Source: a phage. Taken from it: a stretch of DNA of 64,000 nt. The stretch lies in the sequence record PZ151149.1; one strand, 5' to 3'. Both the position numbers and the translations under genes were made by a program. The notes under the pieces are model-generated. The model had not been told where the DNA came from, ran no database searches, and was given only the letters and a program-made list of their open reading frames with translations. Shown piece after piece: positions 27,223-37,231 of the stretch (the first letter of the stretch is position 1; every line of letters begins with the position of its first letter).

Positions 27223-28251
27223 TTAAAATTTACAATATTTCATAAACCGCATTTTAGCCATCAGACCTTGTACGGTGTTTTCTTTGATGTATTCCATGAT
27301 CTGGTCGCGTGTAGCTCCCTCGTCCTGAATCATGGCGTTAACGTCTTTAGAATGCCACGGGCAACGGTCCCACAAAACAATCTTTTCCCCTGCATTGATA
27401 AACTTTTCCAGTCGGTGCATTGTATCGGCAGACCGTGGTTCGGCGTCAAGTACAAACACTCGCTGGTCTGGGAAAGGGATTTCATCTAATCCCAAAGTAC
27501 CGCCAGTAATTGCACACCCGTTATCAATAAACAATGAATCGATCGGACCTTCTAAGAAATACACTGGTTTACTCGGATCAGCACGTTCAAGACCGTAGAC
27601 CTTACTCGCTAACTCATGAGTTTTAATCGTCATATATTTGGTCTTTCCGTAATCCTTTCTCAACGCTCGCCCCTGAATGGATTCTATCTTGTTCTCGCGG
27701 TTAAAGATAGGAATCACTAAACGCGGTTCAGGTTGTGGATTCTTGAAGGTATCAGCTTTAATGTGATTTGCTACCTTTTGCCATTCTCTCGTGAAATACA
27801 GAAGATCCCATTTATCGTGAGGGATGCAACGATCACTGACATACTTTATTATAGGATGATTAGCCGGAAGAGTATCTAATCTCTCGCAGAAAGGCAATGT
27901 TTGCACTTTCTTAATCTCCGGCTTTTCTACCTTTTTCAGTGGCTTAAACGTGGTGTTCTTGTGGTCGCCTTGTTCCTTCCGTCGTTCCATAAGCCATTCC
28001 CTGAATAGGTCCGGCTTATATTGTTTAAGAAATTCACCTAACGGCTGATTGTAGTTACAGTTGAAACAACCACAACGCAAACTATCTTTGTAGGTATAGA
28101 TACGGAATCGCGCTTGAGTATGATTTTTCTTTGAGTCACCGCAGATCGGACAACTACAGACCAGCGTAAATGAGCTAGTATGCAACCGTTTAAAATTTCG
28201 TTCGCCGTATATGGCTTTTTCCGCTATTTCATAATCTGCGTAGTAAATCAT
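27223..28251 (-). CDS. 61: DNA primase
   Basis: 342 aa, same length as T4 gp61; N-terminal zinc ribbon CSCPICGDS...CFNC; TOPRIM-like acidic motifs. Confidence 0.85.
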   Translation of the reverse strand: MIYYADYEIAEKAIYGERNFKRLHTSSFTLVCSCPICGDSKKNHTQARFRIYTYKDSLRCGCFNCNYNQPLGEFLKQYKPDLFREWLMERRKEQGDHKNTTFKPLKKVEKPEIKKVQTLPFCERLDTLPANHPIIKYVSDRCIPHDKWDLLYFTREWQKVANHIKADTFKNPQPEPRLVIPIFNRENKIESIQGRALRKDYGKTKYMTIKTHELASKVYGLERADPSKPVYFLEGPIDSLFIDNGCAITGGTLGLDEIPFPDQRVFVLDAEPRSADTMHRLEKFINAGEKIVLWDRCPWHSKDVNAMIQDEGATRDQIMEYIKENTVQGLMAKMRFMKYCKF

Positions 28252-28260
28252 AATAACCTC

Positions 28261-28464
28261 TTATAGCTCAAATTTCATGAAAGTTCCAACACTTTCATTT
28301 TCATTCTCTCCGTTTTCATCTAAGCCAAATTTGTAGACACTACCATCTGGCGATGTGTAAGAGAATACACGAAAACGGCCTACCGGATCAAGTTCTGTAA
28401 ATTCATATTCTTTTCCGGCTTCAAAAAGTGCATATGTGCTTTTAAGACATTTCATCGTAATCAT
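28261..28464 (-). CDS. hypothetical protein
   Basis: 67 aa ORF. Confidence 0.45.
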   Translation of the reverse strand: MITMKCLKSTYALFEAGKEYEFTELDPVGRFRVFSYTSPDGSVYKFGLDENGENENESVGTFMKFEL

Positions 28465-28784
28465 TTAATCGCCACCGATAACAGAATGAGAACTACACCA
28501 ACATACATTGTGATCTCGGATAACTTTTCTGTTTTTGTTTTGTGTCCAGATAATCCGAAAACAACAACACCGATAATAGCGGACAGCAAGCCAACGATAA
28601 ACATGATGATACTAAGCACCGTCTTTCTCCTTCTTGCGTTTTTCTTTACCCACTACGCTAGGTCCACGATTGGTAATAGATCCGCTCGTTTCCCCTGCTG
28701 CGATCTTCTCAGGATTGCCGCCAGCATCGCCAGCGGTCATATCTTCTTTGAGTTTATTTTCTTCAACAAACTGTTTAAAGCCAA

Positions 28785-29162
28785 TCATAGAATAATCTCT
28801 TTCAGTAGGTCAACAATCTGGTCTTTCGTCAGTTTATCCTGATTCTCTACAATCTTGATAACACAAGCATTAACATCTTTTCGAGTAACGCGGGAGATCG
28901 TTTTAATACGATGAAACGGTTCGTAGAAATATACTGCTTCATTATAGAGCGCAGCAATTTTTCGACGCATTTGATCTTTATCTGACAAGAAAACAAGTGC
29001 TGTTTTATGACCTTCTACACCCGCCACGTTATATAGTTCAGCAACACCCCAGCGACCTTCCGGTTCAATCATTCCGGCGTGTTTACCGTCGATAAAAATA
29101 AGAATATCTCCGTTGAATGCGGTTTTGAATGCTACATCTTCCGGCGTAATCATATTTTTCAT
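28785..29162 (-). CDS. hypothetical protein
   Basis: 125 aa ORF. Confidence 0.5.
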   Translation of the reverse strand: MKNMITPEDVAFKTAFNGDILIFIDGKHAGMIEPEGRWGVAELYNVAGVEGHKTALVFLSDKDQMRRKIAALYNEAVYFYEPFHRIKTISRVTRKDVNACVIKIVENQDKLTKDQIVDLLKEIIL

Positions 29163-29192
29163 AATATAGTCTCCTTAGAGTTTCATTATAGA

Positions 29193-29828
29193 TCAAGCGA
29201 ATGTAGAAAGCAAATGTTTTGTTTCTTTCAGTTGTCGTTCAAGATCTTTGCGTTTCTCTTTAAGTTGCATTTTAGCATTATTTCGCTGTTTTTCAACATC
29301 TTTATCAATACTCTTATTCCAGTTATCAATATCAGAATAAGTTGGCATACCCAATTCTAGACCTAATGCGGTTGGATACAAGGTAACAGTCCATAAACCG
29401 CTAATCTTCTTAAATAGGTCGGGGTGTAGTGTACTATCTACATCTTCCGGTGTCAACTCTTTTTCTTCTTTCAGTGGTGGGATCTCGTCATATGGTTCCA
29501 GTGCATTTACTTTAATGTCAGATACCTCATCAAAGAATCCGCGTACATCCGCAGGAAATACACAAGCAATTTCCCAACCGTGATCACGCAGAGAAGTAAT
29601 ATTTTTCACTCCCCCACCATGTGTGATGATTGATGTGACATTGCCATCAAGGTCCACCGAATTTACGAGAAATGGCTTATCGTCTGTCAGATCATTATAA
29701 AACTGTGCTTCGGCTGTAGTCATCTCCAGAAACAGATCTCGGATCGGACGACCATCAGGTGCGTTACCTTCCTTGAGAGTATAAAAGCGACTTACGATCC
29801 ATTTTGGCGGTAAAGCATTAGCGATCAT
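29193..29828 (-). CDS. hypothetical protein
   Basis: 211 aa ORF between primase and helicase genes. Confidence 0.5.
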   Translation of the reverse strand: MIANALPPKWIVSRFYTLKEGNAPDGRPIRDLFLEMTTAEAQFYNDLTDDKPFLVNSVDLDGNVTSIITHGGGVKNITSLRDHGWEIACVFPADVRGFFDEVSDIKVNALEPYDEIPPLKEEKELTPEDVDSTLHPDLFKKISGLWTVTLYPTALGLELGMPTYSDIDNWNKSIDKDVEKQRNNAKMQLKEKRKDLERQLKETKHLLSTFA

Positions 29829-29878
29829 GTTATATCTCCTATCAAATCATTCACCAGCGCCCCGCAGGGCGCATTTTA

Positions 29879-31291
29879 TTAGAAAGTCATGTTATTTGCT
29901 AGCTCGTCGAGTTTTTCTCTTTTCTCGGCTTGCTGTGCGCTTTGTGGTTTAACTTGTGCATTCTCCTGATCTGCGATCTGGTTTGGTACTTCATACCAAC
30001 GCTGATTGCCTTTCTTCACACCAACGTTAAACCGTGAATAATAGTTCTTATCACCGTAACGAGACTTGATCTGCTTCATGAGTTGGACGCCCATTTTAGC
30101 CAGGTCTTCGGTTTCGATAACACCCAACATAAAGTCGGCAGTAGCCGGAAGACCTGCTGATTCAGCGGTATCACTCATGTTAAGGTCGGAAGCATCCCAA
30201 CCCGCGCGGGTAGTCTGTGCCGCAGTCCAACCAACAACATCCCACTTAACAAAAAATCCTCGCAGTTCTTCCGCAATCGCCTTAACTAGTGTGTAACTAT
30301 TTTCAGAGTATACACGCAAGCGAGACGATGCGCAAATCCCCAGATAGTCAACAATCACAACATCAGGTTTAAACTGTTTCTTGAGTCGCAATTCATTCAT
30401 TAACGCCTCAAAGTGATTGGAGTTTGCGCCACCCGTCGGATACTGCTTGATCATCAATTTTCCAACCGGACGATCTCCGATCTTCTTATTCTTAACACGC
30501 TTCATACGTGCGGAATATTCCGCAAAAGAAACATTACCATTATCCAATTCATCTAATGTAATGTCAAGCAAGTTTGCGTCGATACGTTTGGCTACGACAT
30601 GCTCTGCCATCTCCATTGAGATATACAATACATCATAACCACATTCCATATAATCCGCAGCAAGAGAACACAAGCCCAATGATTTGCCAACGTTTACACC
30701 AGCAAGCAACACATTTAGCGTTTTTCTTTCCGCACCTCCTTTCGTGATTTTATTCAACATCGGCAGCTTAAACGGGATCTTATTCGCCTTAGTCTGATAT
30801 AGCAAGAATCGTTTTTCAAAGTCATTAAACCAGTCATGACCTACATCAGAATCAAACGTAATGGATAGTGCTTCCTGCATGATCTCAGGAATAGCACCCT
30901 CACTCGGCAATTTCTTATTCTGTTTCTCTTTTGGTAGTTGTGCGTTCGCCTGAATCTCTAGCGCCCGTGACATTGCATTATACATAGCGCGGTCACGAAT
31001 AAATTTTTCGGTTTCCTTCATTAACCAATCAAGGTCTTCCGGCGTATTCTCCAGCGAATCGAGAAGAGTTTTAGCCCCTTCATATGTTGTCTGATTGCCT
31101 CTCTCCTTGTCTAAAGCAATCTGTAATGCAGTTGGCGTAGGAATATTGGAATATTCGTCTACGTGCTTTTTAATCAGCTTATAAATCAGTTTTTCTTCGT
31201 CTTCGGTGAAGTAGTCCGCTTTAAGATGAGGCCATACATTCGTAAAGAATGCGCCATTGTAAATCAACTGTGAAAAGATAGTTTTAATCAT
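29879..31291 (-). CDS. 41: replicative DNA helicase (DnaB-like)
   Basis: 470 aa; Walker A LLAGVNVGKSLGL; RecA-like C-terminal domain; order 61-41-uvsX as in T4. Confidence 0.9.
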   Translation of the reverse strand: MIKTIFSQLIYNGAFFTNVWPHLKADYFTEDEEKLIYKLIKKHVDEYSNIPTPTALQIALDKERGNQTTYEGAKTLLDSLENTPEDLDWLMKETEKFIRDRAMYNAMSRALEIQANAQLPKEKQNKKLPSEGAIPEIMQEALSITFDSDVGHDWFNDFEKRFLLYQTKANKIPFKLPMLNKITKGGAERKTLNVLLAGVNVGKSLGLCSLAADYMECGYDVLYISMEMAEHVVAKRIDANLLDITLDELDNGNVSFAEYSARMKRVKNKKIGDRPVGKLMIKQYPTGGANSNHFEALMNELRLKKQFKPDVVIVDYLGICASSRLRVYSENSYTLVKAIAEELRGFFVKWDVVGWTAAQTTRAGWDASDLNMSDTAESAGLPATADFMLGVIETEDLAKMGVQLMKQIKSRYGDKNYYSRFNVGVKKGNQRWYEVPNQIADQENAQVKPQSAQQAEKREKLDELANNMTF

Positions 31292-31605
31292 ACATAGCCC
31301 CCGACTACACGCATAACAAAGGTCTTGAGTTTATACCAGAAAGTTTCCTTTTTCAACTTTTCTTCTGCTTCTTTGATCTGCGCGGTTAACGCCTTAATGA
31401 CGTGAGGATATACCACATCACGATCTGACGGCGTGGAGTAGTCGACCACAATACCTTTAGTGTCTGGATCGTATTCAACATTATGAATATAGACAATATG
31501 ATGCTCTCCCTCTTCATCAACAATTATCAATTCCTGAATAACTGTCTTCATTGCTTCTTGAATCAAGCTGTGTGCTTCTTCTAAACTTGTTGGTTTCTTA
31601 TCCAT
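31288..31605 (-). CDS. hypothetical protein (gene 40 position)
   Basis: 105 aa; start overlaps gp41 stop (ATGA). Confidence 0.5.
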   Translation of the reverse strand: MDKKPTSLEEAHSLIQEAMKTVIQELIIVDEEGEHHIVYIHNVEYDPDTKGIVVDYSTPSDRDVVYPHVIKALTAQIKEAEEKLKKETFWYKLKTFVMRVVGGYV

Positions 31606-31625
31606 AATATAATCCTCTCTAGATA

Positions 31626-31650
31626 TGAAAAAGGGGCACGTAGCCCCTTT
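31626..31650 (-). terminator. rho-independent terminator after uvsX
   Basis: Minus strand AAAGGGGC-tacg-TGCCCCTT then TTTTTCA. Confidence 0.55.
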
Positions 31651-31660
31651 ACTACCATTG

Positions 31661-32731
31661 TTATGCTAACATATCTTCGATTTCTTTGTCAACTGCTTCG
31701 TCGCTGATCACTTGCCCCAGCTTATAATGATCGTTGATTGCTTCGTTGAACTTATCGTTTGTCAGAAGTGGTTTCCAGAACTCAATGCTATTGGTTTCTT
31801 TAGCACGGAACTTGCGTTCTTCGGTTTCCATCTCTCCGGTCTCAATATTCAGGATTGAACGAGAATACCAGCCGTTTGACGGTTTCACTACCCAACCTAA
31901 CTCTACAGCCAATTCCAGCAAGCCAGAATAAGGATCGATACCACCGCTAAATGTTACGCTAATCGGGAACTTAGATTTTTCTTTAACGGTTCGTGATTTT
32001 TCCGCATTCAGGATAAAATCATAGCCAGTAATTTCGGTTCCTTCTTTCTGCTGACGACGACCAATAATGAAAACTTCATTGGCTGAATACATCGCGCCCG
32101 TACCGCCGGACATAACGGTCTTACTAAACATTTCTTGCGTTTCGTAAGTGTGGTTAATAGCGATGCACGGGATATCATTCATAGTCAGATACGGCGTAAC
32201 CATACGGAACAAGCCTTTAAGTGCTTTCGCTCGCGTCATATCCTGTGCGGATTTCTCATTAATCGCGTCTTCAACTTCTTTTTTACTTGCTAAGTTACCG
32301 ATTGAGTCAATAAAGATGATCACTTTATCTTCACGGGTAATTTGCTCAAGCTGGTTCATGATTTCAAATTTAAGTTCTTCGATGTTCTTGATTGGAACAT
32401 GCACTACGCGATCAGGATCTACACCCATAGATTCAAGATAAGCGGGTGTAATACCGAACTCAGAATCAAAGAACAAACAAGCCGCATCTGTATTCTGTTT
32501 CATGTATGCACTAACACAAGTTAATCCCATGTTTGATTTAAAGTGCTTAGACGGACCAGCAAAGAAAATCAGACCAGATTGAAAGCCCTTTTTAAGATCA
32601 CCTGAAAACGCAATATTCAGCATCGGGATCTTAGTGCGAGTATTTGTTTTTTCGTTAAAGAAGCTGGATTTAGACAGTACCGCAGTAGTTTTCAGGGTAG
32701 AGTTCTTTTTCAGTTTTTCCAGTACAGACAT
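31661..32731 (-). CDS. uvsX: recombinase UvsX (RecA-like)
   Basis: 356 aa; Walker A GPSKHFKS; long blocks FDSEFGITPAYL.SMGVDP.RV, NHTYETQEMFSKTVM.GGTG, KSRTVKEKSKF match T4 UvsX. Confidence 0.9.
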   Translation of the reverse strand: MSVLEKLKKNSTLKTTAVLSKSSFFNEKTNTRTKIPMLNIAFSGDLKKGFQSGLIFFAGPSKHFKSNMGLTCVSAYMKQNTDAACLFFDSEFGITPAYLESMGVDPDRVVHVPIKNIEELKFEIMNQLEQITREDKVIIFIDSIGNLASKKEVEDAINEKSAQDMTRAKALKGLFRMVTPYLTMNDIPCIAINHTYETQEMFSKTVMSGGTGAMYSANEVFIIGRRQQKEGTEITGYDFILNAEKSRTVKEKSKFPISVTFSGGIDPYSGLLELAVELGWVVKPSNGWYSRSILNIETGEMETEERKFRAKETNSIEFWKPLLTNDKFNEAINDHYKLGQVISDEAVDKEIEDMLA

Positions 32732-32742
32732 TATTAATACCT

Positions 32743-32970
32743 CTATTCAGTTAATCCGTAATACTTTAATTGCTTCATTGTTATTCGATCTTTGTAGTGC
32801 TCTTGAATTAACTTTTTCATCGCACCAACATCGATCGTCACAAATACTTCGTTGCTGTGATTTCCGTGAACTTTCTTGAAATGCTCTATGCCTTCCTCAC
32901 GTTCACGTTTAATCTTTTCAATGTCTCTCATCGTATATTTCTCACAACGGCGGGTATCGTCACCCAACAC
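32743..32970 (-). CDS. hypothetical protein
   Basis: 75 aa; the only ORF between uvsX and gene 43. Confidence 0.45.
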   Translation of the reverse strand: MLGDDTRRCEKYTMRDIEKIKREREEGIEHFKKVHGNHSNEVFVTIDVGAMKKLIQEHYKDRITMKQLKYYGLTE

Positions 32971-32992
32971 CCGCCATTATACACACTTTATC

Positions 32993-34469
32993 TTAAATGT
33001 CAAACAGGTCTGTAAGAGATGCCACTTTTTCATATTGCAGCTTTGCAGCCGTGGTAATGTTCTCCAGTGGTTTGACGAAAGTCTTATTAAACAACAAAGG
33101 CCAGTCTAACCACTTTAACACCTCTGATTCAATTTCTGGTGGAATACGAGTACCAGACAACCAGCCAAAACAGATTTCTCCAAACGGATTTCGATCTTTC
33201 AGCGGTACGATCATAACTTTCTCGCCTTCGCGGATCGGATCTAGTCCATATTTGCGAGCATTGCGATTATAGCACAATACACTCTTAACCGCATACGGAC
33301 AACCCTTAATCGGATACCCGTTTGAATCGCTGTATTTCTGTAGGTTGTTTGCAGATGACACCGCAGCAACCTCAAGATAGTCAAGTTTTCTAAATTCTTG
33401 CTCAAAAATACCGTAGTATTCCTGCAATGACTCTTCACCTTCCTGCAACATACGACGAATACATTCTTTCAGTGATTTCTGACATGCTTTAGGGGTGGAG
33501 CTACGTTGCGTTTCCAAGCCCATGATTTTTAGCTTAGGTTCAGCAAAGCGCGTTCCTTCCATATCCCAAACATTAAGAGCATAACGCTTTTTACCAGTCC
33601 AGAATCCACCGATACCCGCAGATTTCAACGGAGGACCAGCAATTGCCTCGCGGTCCATAAACATCAAGTGCTCATAATTGTTCATGTACTCGCATAACTC
33701 GCGATATCCTTTGTCGATAATCGGTTCCATTCTATGTTTACCGAAATTATCAAGGAAGTCAACAAGTTTTTCGGTATCGTCGAAACGATCTTCCCCGCCA
33801 ACCTTATCAACAACATTGTTAACCAGCACATAAACGGAGTCAGTATCACAATAACGAACATATGCAAAATCGGTTGTTCCGCAAAGCTCGTTTAAGTATT
33901 CGTTAATCTTACGCTCAATCCACTGAATTGCAAGCTGACCGAACAAGGTGATCGCACTAGCGTTACGGAGATCATAAAAACGGAATTTAGGATTCCCCAA
34001 CGCACCATAAAGGGAGTTGATCAAAACTTTTCGAGAAAGCTGGTTTGTATTGCACAAGATCGACTCGTCTTTACATTCTTCCAGCAATTTCTCTAAGGCA
34101 TCTTTGCTTAATTCCGAAAGCATCGATTTAAACGCTTCATCGAAGTCATGACGCACTTCAACGCTATAGCTAATGGTTCCCCCATAAACATGATTTTCAT
34201 CGTGTAGAATCGCTTTACATAGTTCAGCATTGCGATCACATGCCAACATCATGTTTTTGTACTGCTTACGCTGATCGAATACCTTTTTAATCTCAATCGG
34301 TACGATACCATGAATATCTTTTCTATACATCCATCCGTTAGGCGAGCAAGAATACTCATCACTCGGACGTGGTGCAGTTTTATTGATATACTCGTGCATC
34401 GGTGCAGCATCAAAAGATCCAGCGATTGTTTCCGGCGAAATGTTAACCTGACGGATGATTGATGGATAC
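32993..34469 (-). CDS. 43: DNA polymerase gp43, exon 2 (C-terminal part)
   Basis: Homology to T4 gp43 runs upstream of the track ATG through YPSIIRQVNISPET to the proposed 3' splice site at 34469/34470; C-terminal clamp-binding tail SLTDLFDI. Confidence 0.8.
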
Positions 34470-35583
34470 CATTATGTTCAGCGCGGTTCGCTACTCCCGC
34501 GCCCGTTCTCTTGCGAACTGCTACATGTCACCATGTAGATCAGACTATATCACATTCTCATAGAGAATCCTGCCATTTCGAATCGCTTGATTCTACTCTA
34601 CTCGGTTCGTTACCCTTTCGATAGTCGTTGAACAACTGCATCTTTAAGCTCATTTTGATCAAACGGTGTTCTCTTACAGTATCCGCTATAATTCTTAGCA
34701 AAAGGTTTCTTCTTACCAAAAATCTCTTTTCCTGAATTGTGTGCTTCAACAAGAAAATTCACCATTTCATCAAATGTGAAACTTGCAAATTTAGCATAAG
34801 TTTCATTACGTTTTGACATTATTTTACTCATAACTTCCGGTCGTTTAGACGCTGAATTTTCGCGTTTCTCGCCAGTATTAAATGATACCAACTCACCGGA
34901 AACATATCTAGGATCATCACAACTAACTCTAAACCGATTTCCTTCCTTATCCTTAACGATAACAGTATTCTTTAGCTTTTCTGCCATAGAATCAAGACCT
35001 TTTCGTATAGTGTCCTCATCAGCCCCGAAATATTTCTTTCCGCTCATATCGGTTCTGGCTTTTCCGGTCTTGTTTTCGGATATTTTCAGTCTAACTTCCT
35101 CTCGCTTGGCTGGGTTATTGTCTCCAGCGAATGCATCTTTGGTTAACGCCTTCACTTTATCGTCATAAGATCCTCTAGAGATGAAAGCATATGCTCTCTT
35201 GCATTCACCGTTATTGAATATTAAGCACAATAACCGATGCGCCTCGACGTGGTCTTCAAACTTAAGCCTAACAAGATTCCATTTATCTAACCGATATTCA
35301 GGGAACATTGACTTCGGGCATATATGATGCACCTCGGAATATTCTTCACCCTGATACGGATTAGACACCAGTTTAATGTAGTCGTTTAATGCTTCCTCGT
35401 TATGTATTTCGTACTTTCTTAAAATGTCTTTCATCTCGCGCCTCCAATGTATATCAATATCTATATACATTATAAGACACGTTAGCTCAAAATGCAACTG
35501 CTGCTGATTGTCTCCTTAGAGATTTCCCAGCAATTAAGCAGGTTATTCGATCACTGTCACCAGTGAAAGCCCCATATCAGTTT
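34470..35583 (-). mobile_element. probable group I intron in gene 43 carrying an HNH endonuclease ORF
   Basis: 1114 nt between residues that are contiguous in T4 gp43 (LTSL|YPS, polymerase motif A); stop codons in the gp43 frame; 5' exon ends in U, insert ends in G; GGGG 10 nt into the insert can pair with exon CCCU (P1-like). Confidence 0.6.
34610..35434 (-). CDS. intron-encoded HNH homing endonuclease
   Basis: 274 aa from the ATG at 35434 (GGAGG SD); HNH core EVHHICPKS...WNLVRL...EDHVEAHRLL; GDNNPAKR motif. Confidence 0.75.
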   Translation of the reverse strand: MKDILRKYEIHNEEALNDYIKLVSNPYQGEEYSEVHHICPKSMFPEYRLDKWNLVRLKFEDHVEAHRLLCLIFNNGECKRAYAFISRGSYDDKVKALTKDAFAGDNNPAKREEVRLKISENKTGKARTDMSGKKYFGADEDTIRKGLDSMAEKLKNTVIVKDKEGNRFRVSCDDPRYVSGELVSFNTGEKRENSASKRPEVMSKIMSKRNETYAKFASFTFDEMVNFLVEAHNSGKEIFGKKKPFAKNYSGYCKRTPFDQNELKDAVVQRLSKG

Positions 35584-36785
35584 AGGGAAGTAAGGTCAAA
35601 GCTCATCATCCAACGGTAAGCATTCGGCACAGGTTCTTTTACAAATGCGCCTGGATACGTCTGCTTAGGCTGTATCTTATTTTCCGGTACTACTTTACCC
35701 TCTGCTTTCAGAGATCCGAAGATAATAGCATCCCATACTTTCATCGGATTATAAACATGGTTAAATTTAATCTTTGCATAGAAACATAGGCTATACACCA
35801 GATCAATAAAACCACGCTTTTTATCAATCGCCAGCACACGGTCAACGTCGCCGATGTTATAATCGATGTAAAGTTGATGGTTGTCATCACGCAATTTCTT
35901 TAATGGACCATCATAATCAACCTTACCGATTCCTGTCTCATATTCAGCAACATAATCTAATGCATATGTTGGTTGAGTCGTAAAGCTAAATTTCTTGTAC
36001 AGGTCAATATAATCAAGGCTTTCGATCCCCATGATCGTAAATGCTTCACGCTCATTGCCAAAATCATCCTGTGAGATTCGGGATTTAATCTTACCGCACG
36101 GGCTTAATCGGTTTGCCGTTCGACTTCCAAACTTATTACTGATACGCTTAATGATATACGGGATATCGAATGTTTCTGTGTTCCAGCCAGTGAAGCCAAC
36201 TGGTCGGTTTTCCTCAAAGAATCGGATGTATTCTAATAGCAATTCATCTTCTGTATCATAGACGTTATAAACAACGCGCTCTACAATATCAGGTCGAAGA
36301 ATAGATTTGTTTGCTTCCCAGATTTCACCGTTTTTTCCTTTCAAATCAAATACAAAGAAACGATCATGTACGGAATCATAATGCGTAATTGCATCGATAG
36401 GATATTTCGCCTCTTCTGGTTTAGGAAATTCCGGTGCGGTGACCTCAATATCAACCCACGCTACACGGATTTTATTTCGGTCATATCGAATCTCACCTTT
36501 ATATGCATCAGACAGATAGGAGATGATAAAATCATCCATACCTAGTGCCTCTTGCCCCATTTCCCCCATCCTTTTACGCCATTTGTTGGCCTCGTTCATA
36601 GATGGGAATTTTTTAGCAATGCAAGGCTTGCCATAGATATCTTTATAATTTGTAACCATACCAGGCGCGGCATGATGAAATAATGTTGGCGTATATTCAA
36701 CGTAACGCTCTTGTTCTTGTCCAGCATCATCAATATAACGCTCGTAGATCTTATCACCTACTCGCTCACATGACAGAAAATACAT
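35584..36785 (-). CDS. 43: DNA polymerase gp43, exon 1 (N-terminal exonuclease and start of polymerase domain)
   Basis: Start at ATG 36785 (AAGGAG SD; track start was GTG 36815); MYFLSCERVGDKIYERYIDD aligns with the T4 gp43 N-terminus; ends in motif A ...FDLTSL. Confidence 0.8.
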
Positions 36786-36817
36786 AATATAAACTCCTTC
36801 ACTTACGAAAGACACTC

Positions 36818-36856
36818 ATTATAGGGGAATCGACTTAGTTTGTCAATACCCCTATC
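36818..36856 (-). promoter_or_regulatory. promoter upstream of gene 43 with the -35 inside a hairpin loop
   Basis: TTGACA, 17 nt, TATAAT on minus strand; inverted repeat ATAGGGG/CCCCTAT encloses the -35 and spacer. Confidence 0.5.
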
Positions 36857-36867
36857 CCATCAGTATC

Positions 36868-37230
36868 TTATCGCCCGATCTGATATTTCTCGATCAGAGT
36901 CCACTCTTCTTTCTGTTTAAAAGACAGTACACGGAAATTATTAACTTCGGTAGTTTCAAAATCACTATCAATCAGGGTACACAGATTCCACTGCGCAAGA
37001 AGTTTTGCAATGTTATTACGGCGCAATTCATCTTCCCACGTCATCTTAACACTACGACCATCTAATTTCAACAACTCCTTGAAATGAACGATGTAATAAC
37101 GCCCCTTCTTCTGGAGAATATGACAAGACTGATACAGCGTCTTGTCTCGATTGTTGGCAATGCCGCAGCGGGTTAAAGTCTCCTTAATTTTAAGGAAGTT
37201 TTCAGGATTAATCAAATTAATTTCAATCAT
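36868..37230 (-). CDS. regA: translational repressor RegA
   Basis: 120 aa (T4 122); near-identical blocks MIEI.L..PE.FLK.KETLTR.GIANN.DK.LYQSCHILQKKG.YYIVHFKE. Confidence 0.9.
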   Translation of the reverse strand: MIEINLINPENFLKIKETLTRCGIANNRDKTLYQSCHILQKKGRYYIVHFKELLKLDGRSVKMTWEDELRRNNIAKLLAQWNLCTLIDSDFETTEVNNFRVLSFKQKEEWTLIEKYQIGR

Positions 37231-37231
37231 T

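Noticed and set aside
34470-35583. Intein in DNA polymerase gp43
   Set aside because: The insert has stop codons in the gp43 frame and its endonuclease ORF is in a different frame with its own SD, so it cannot be translated in line as an intein
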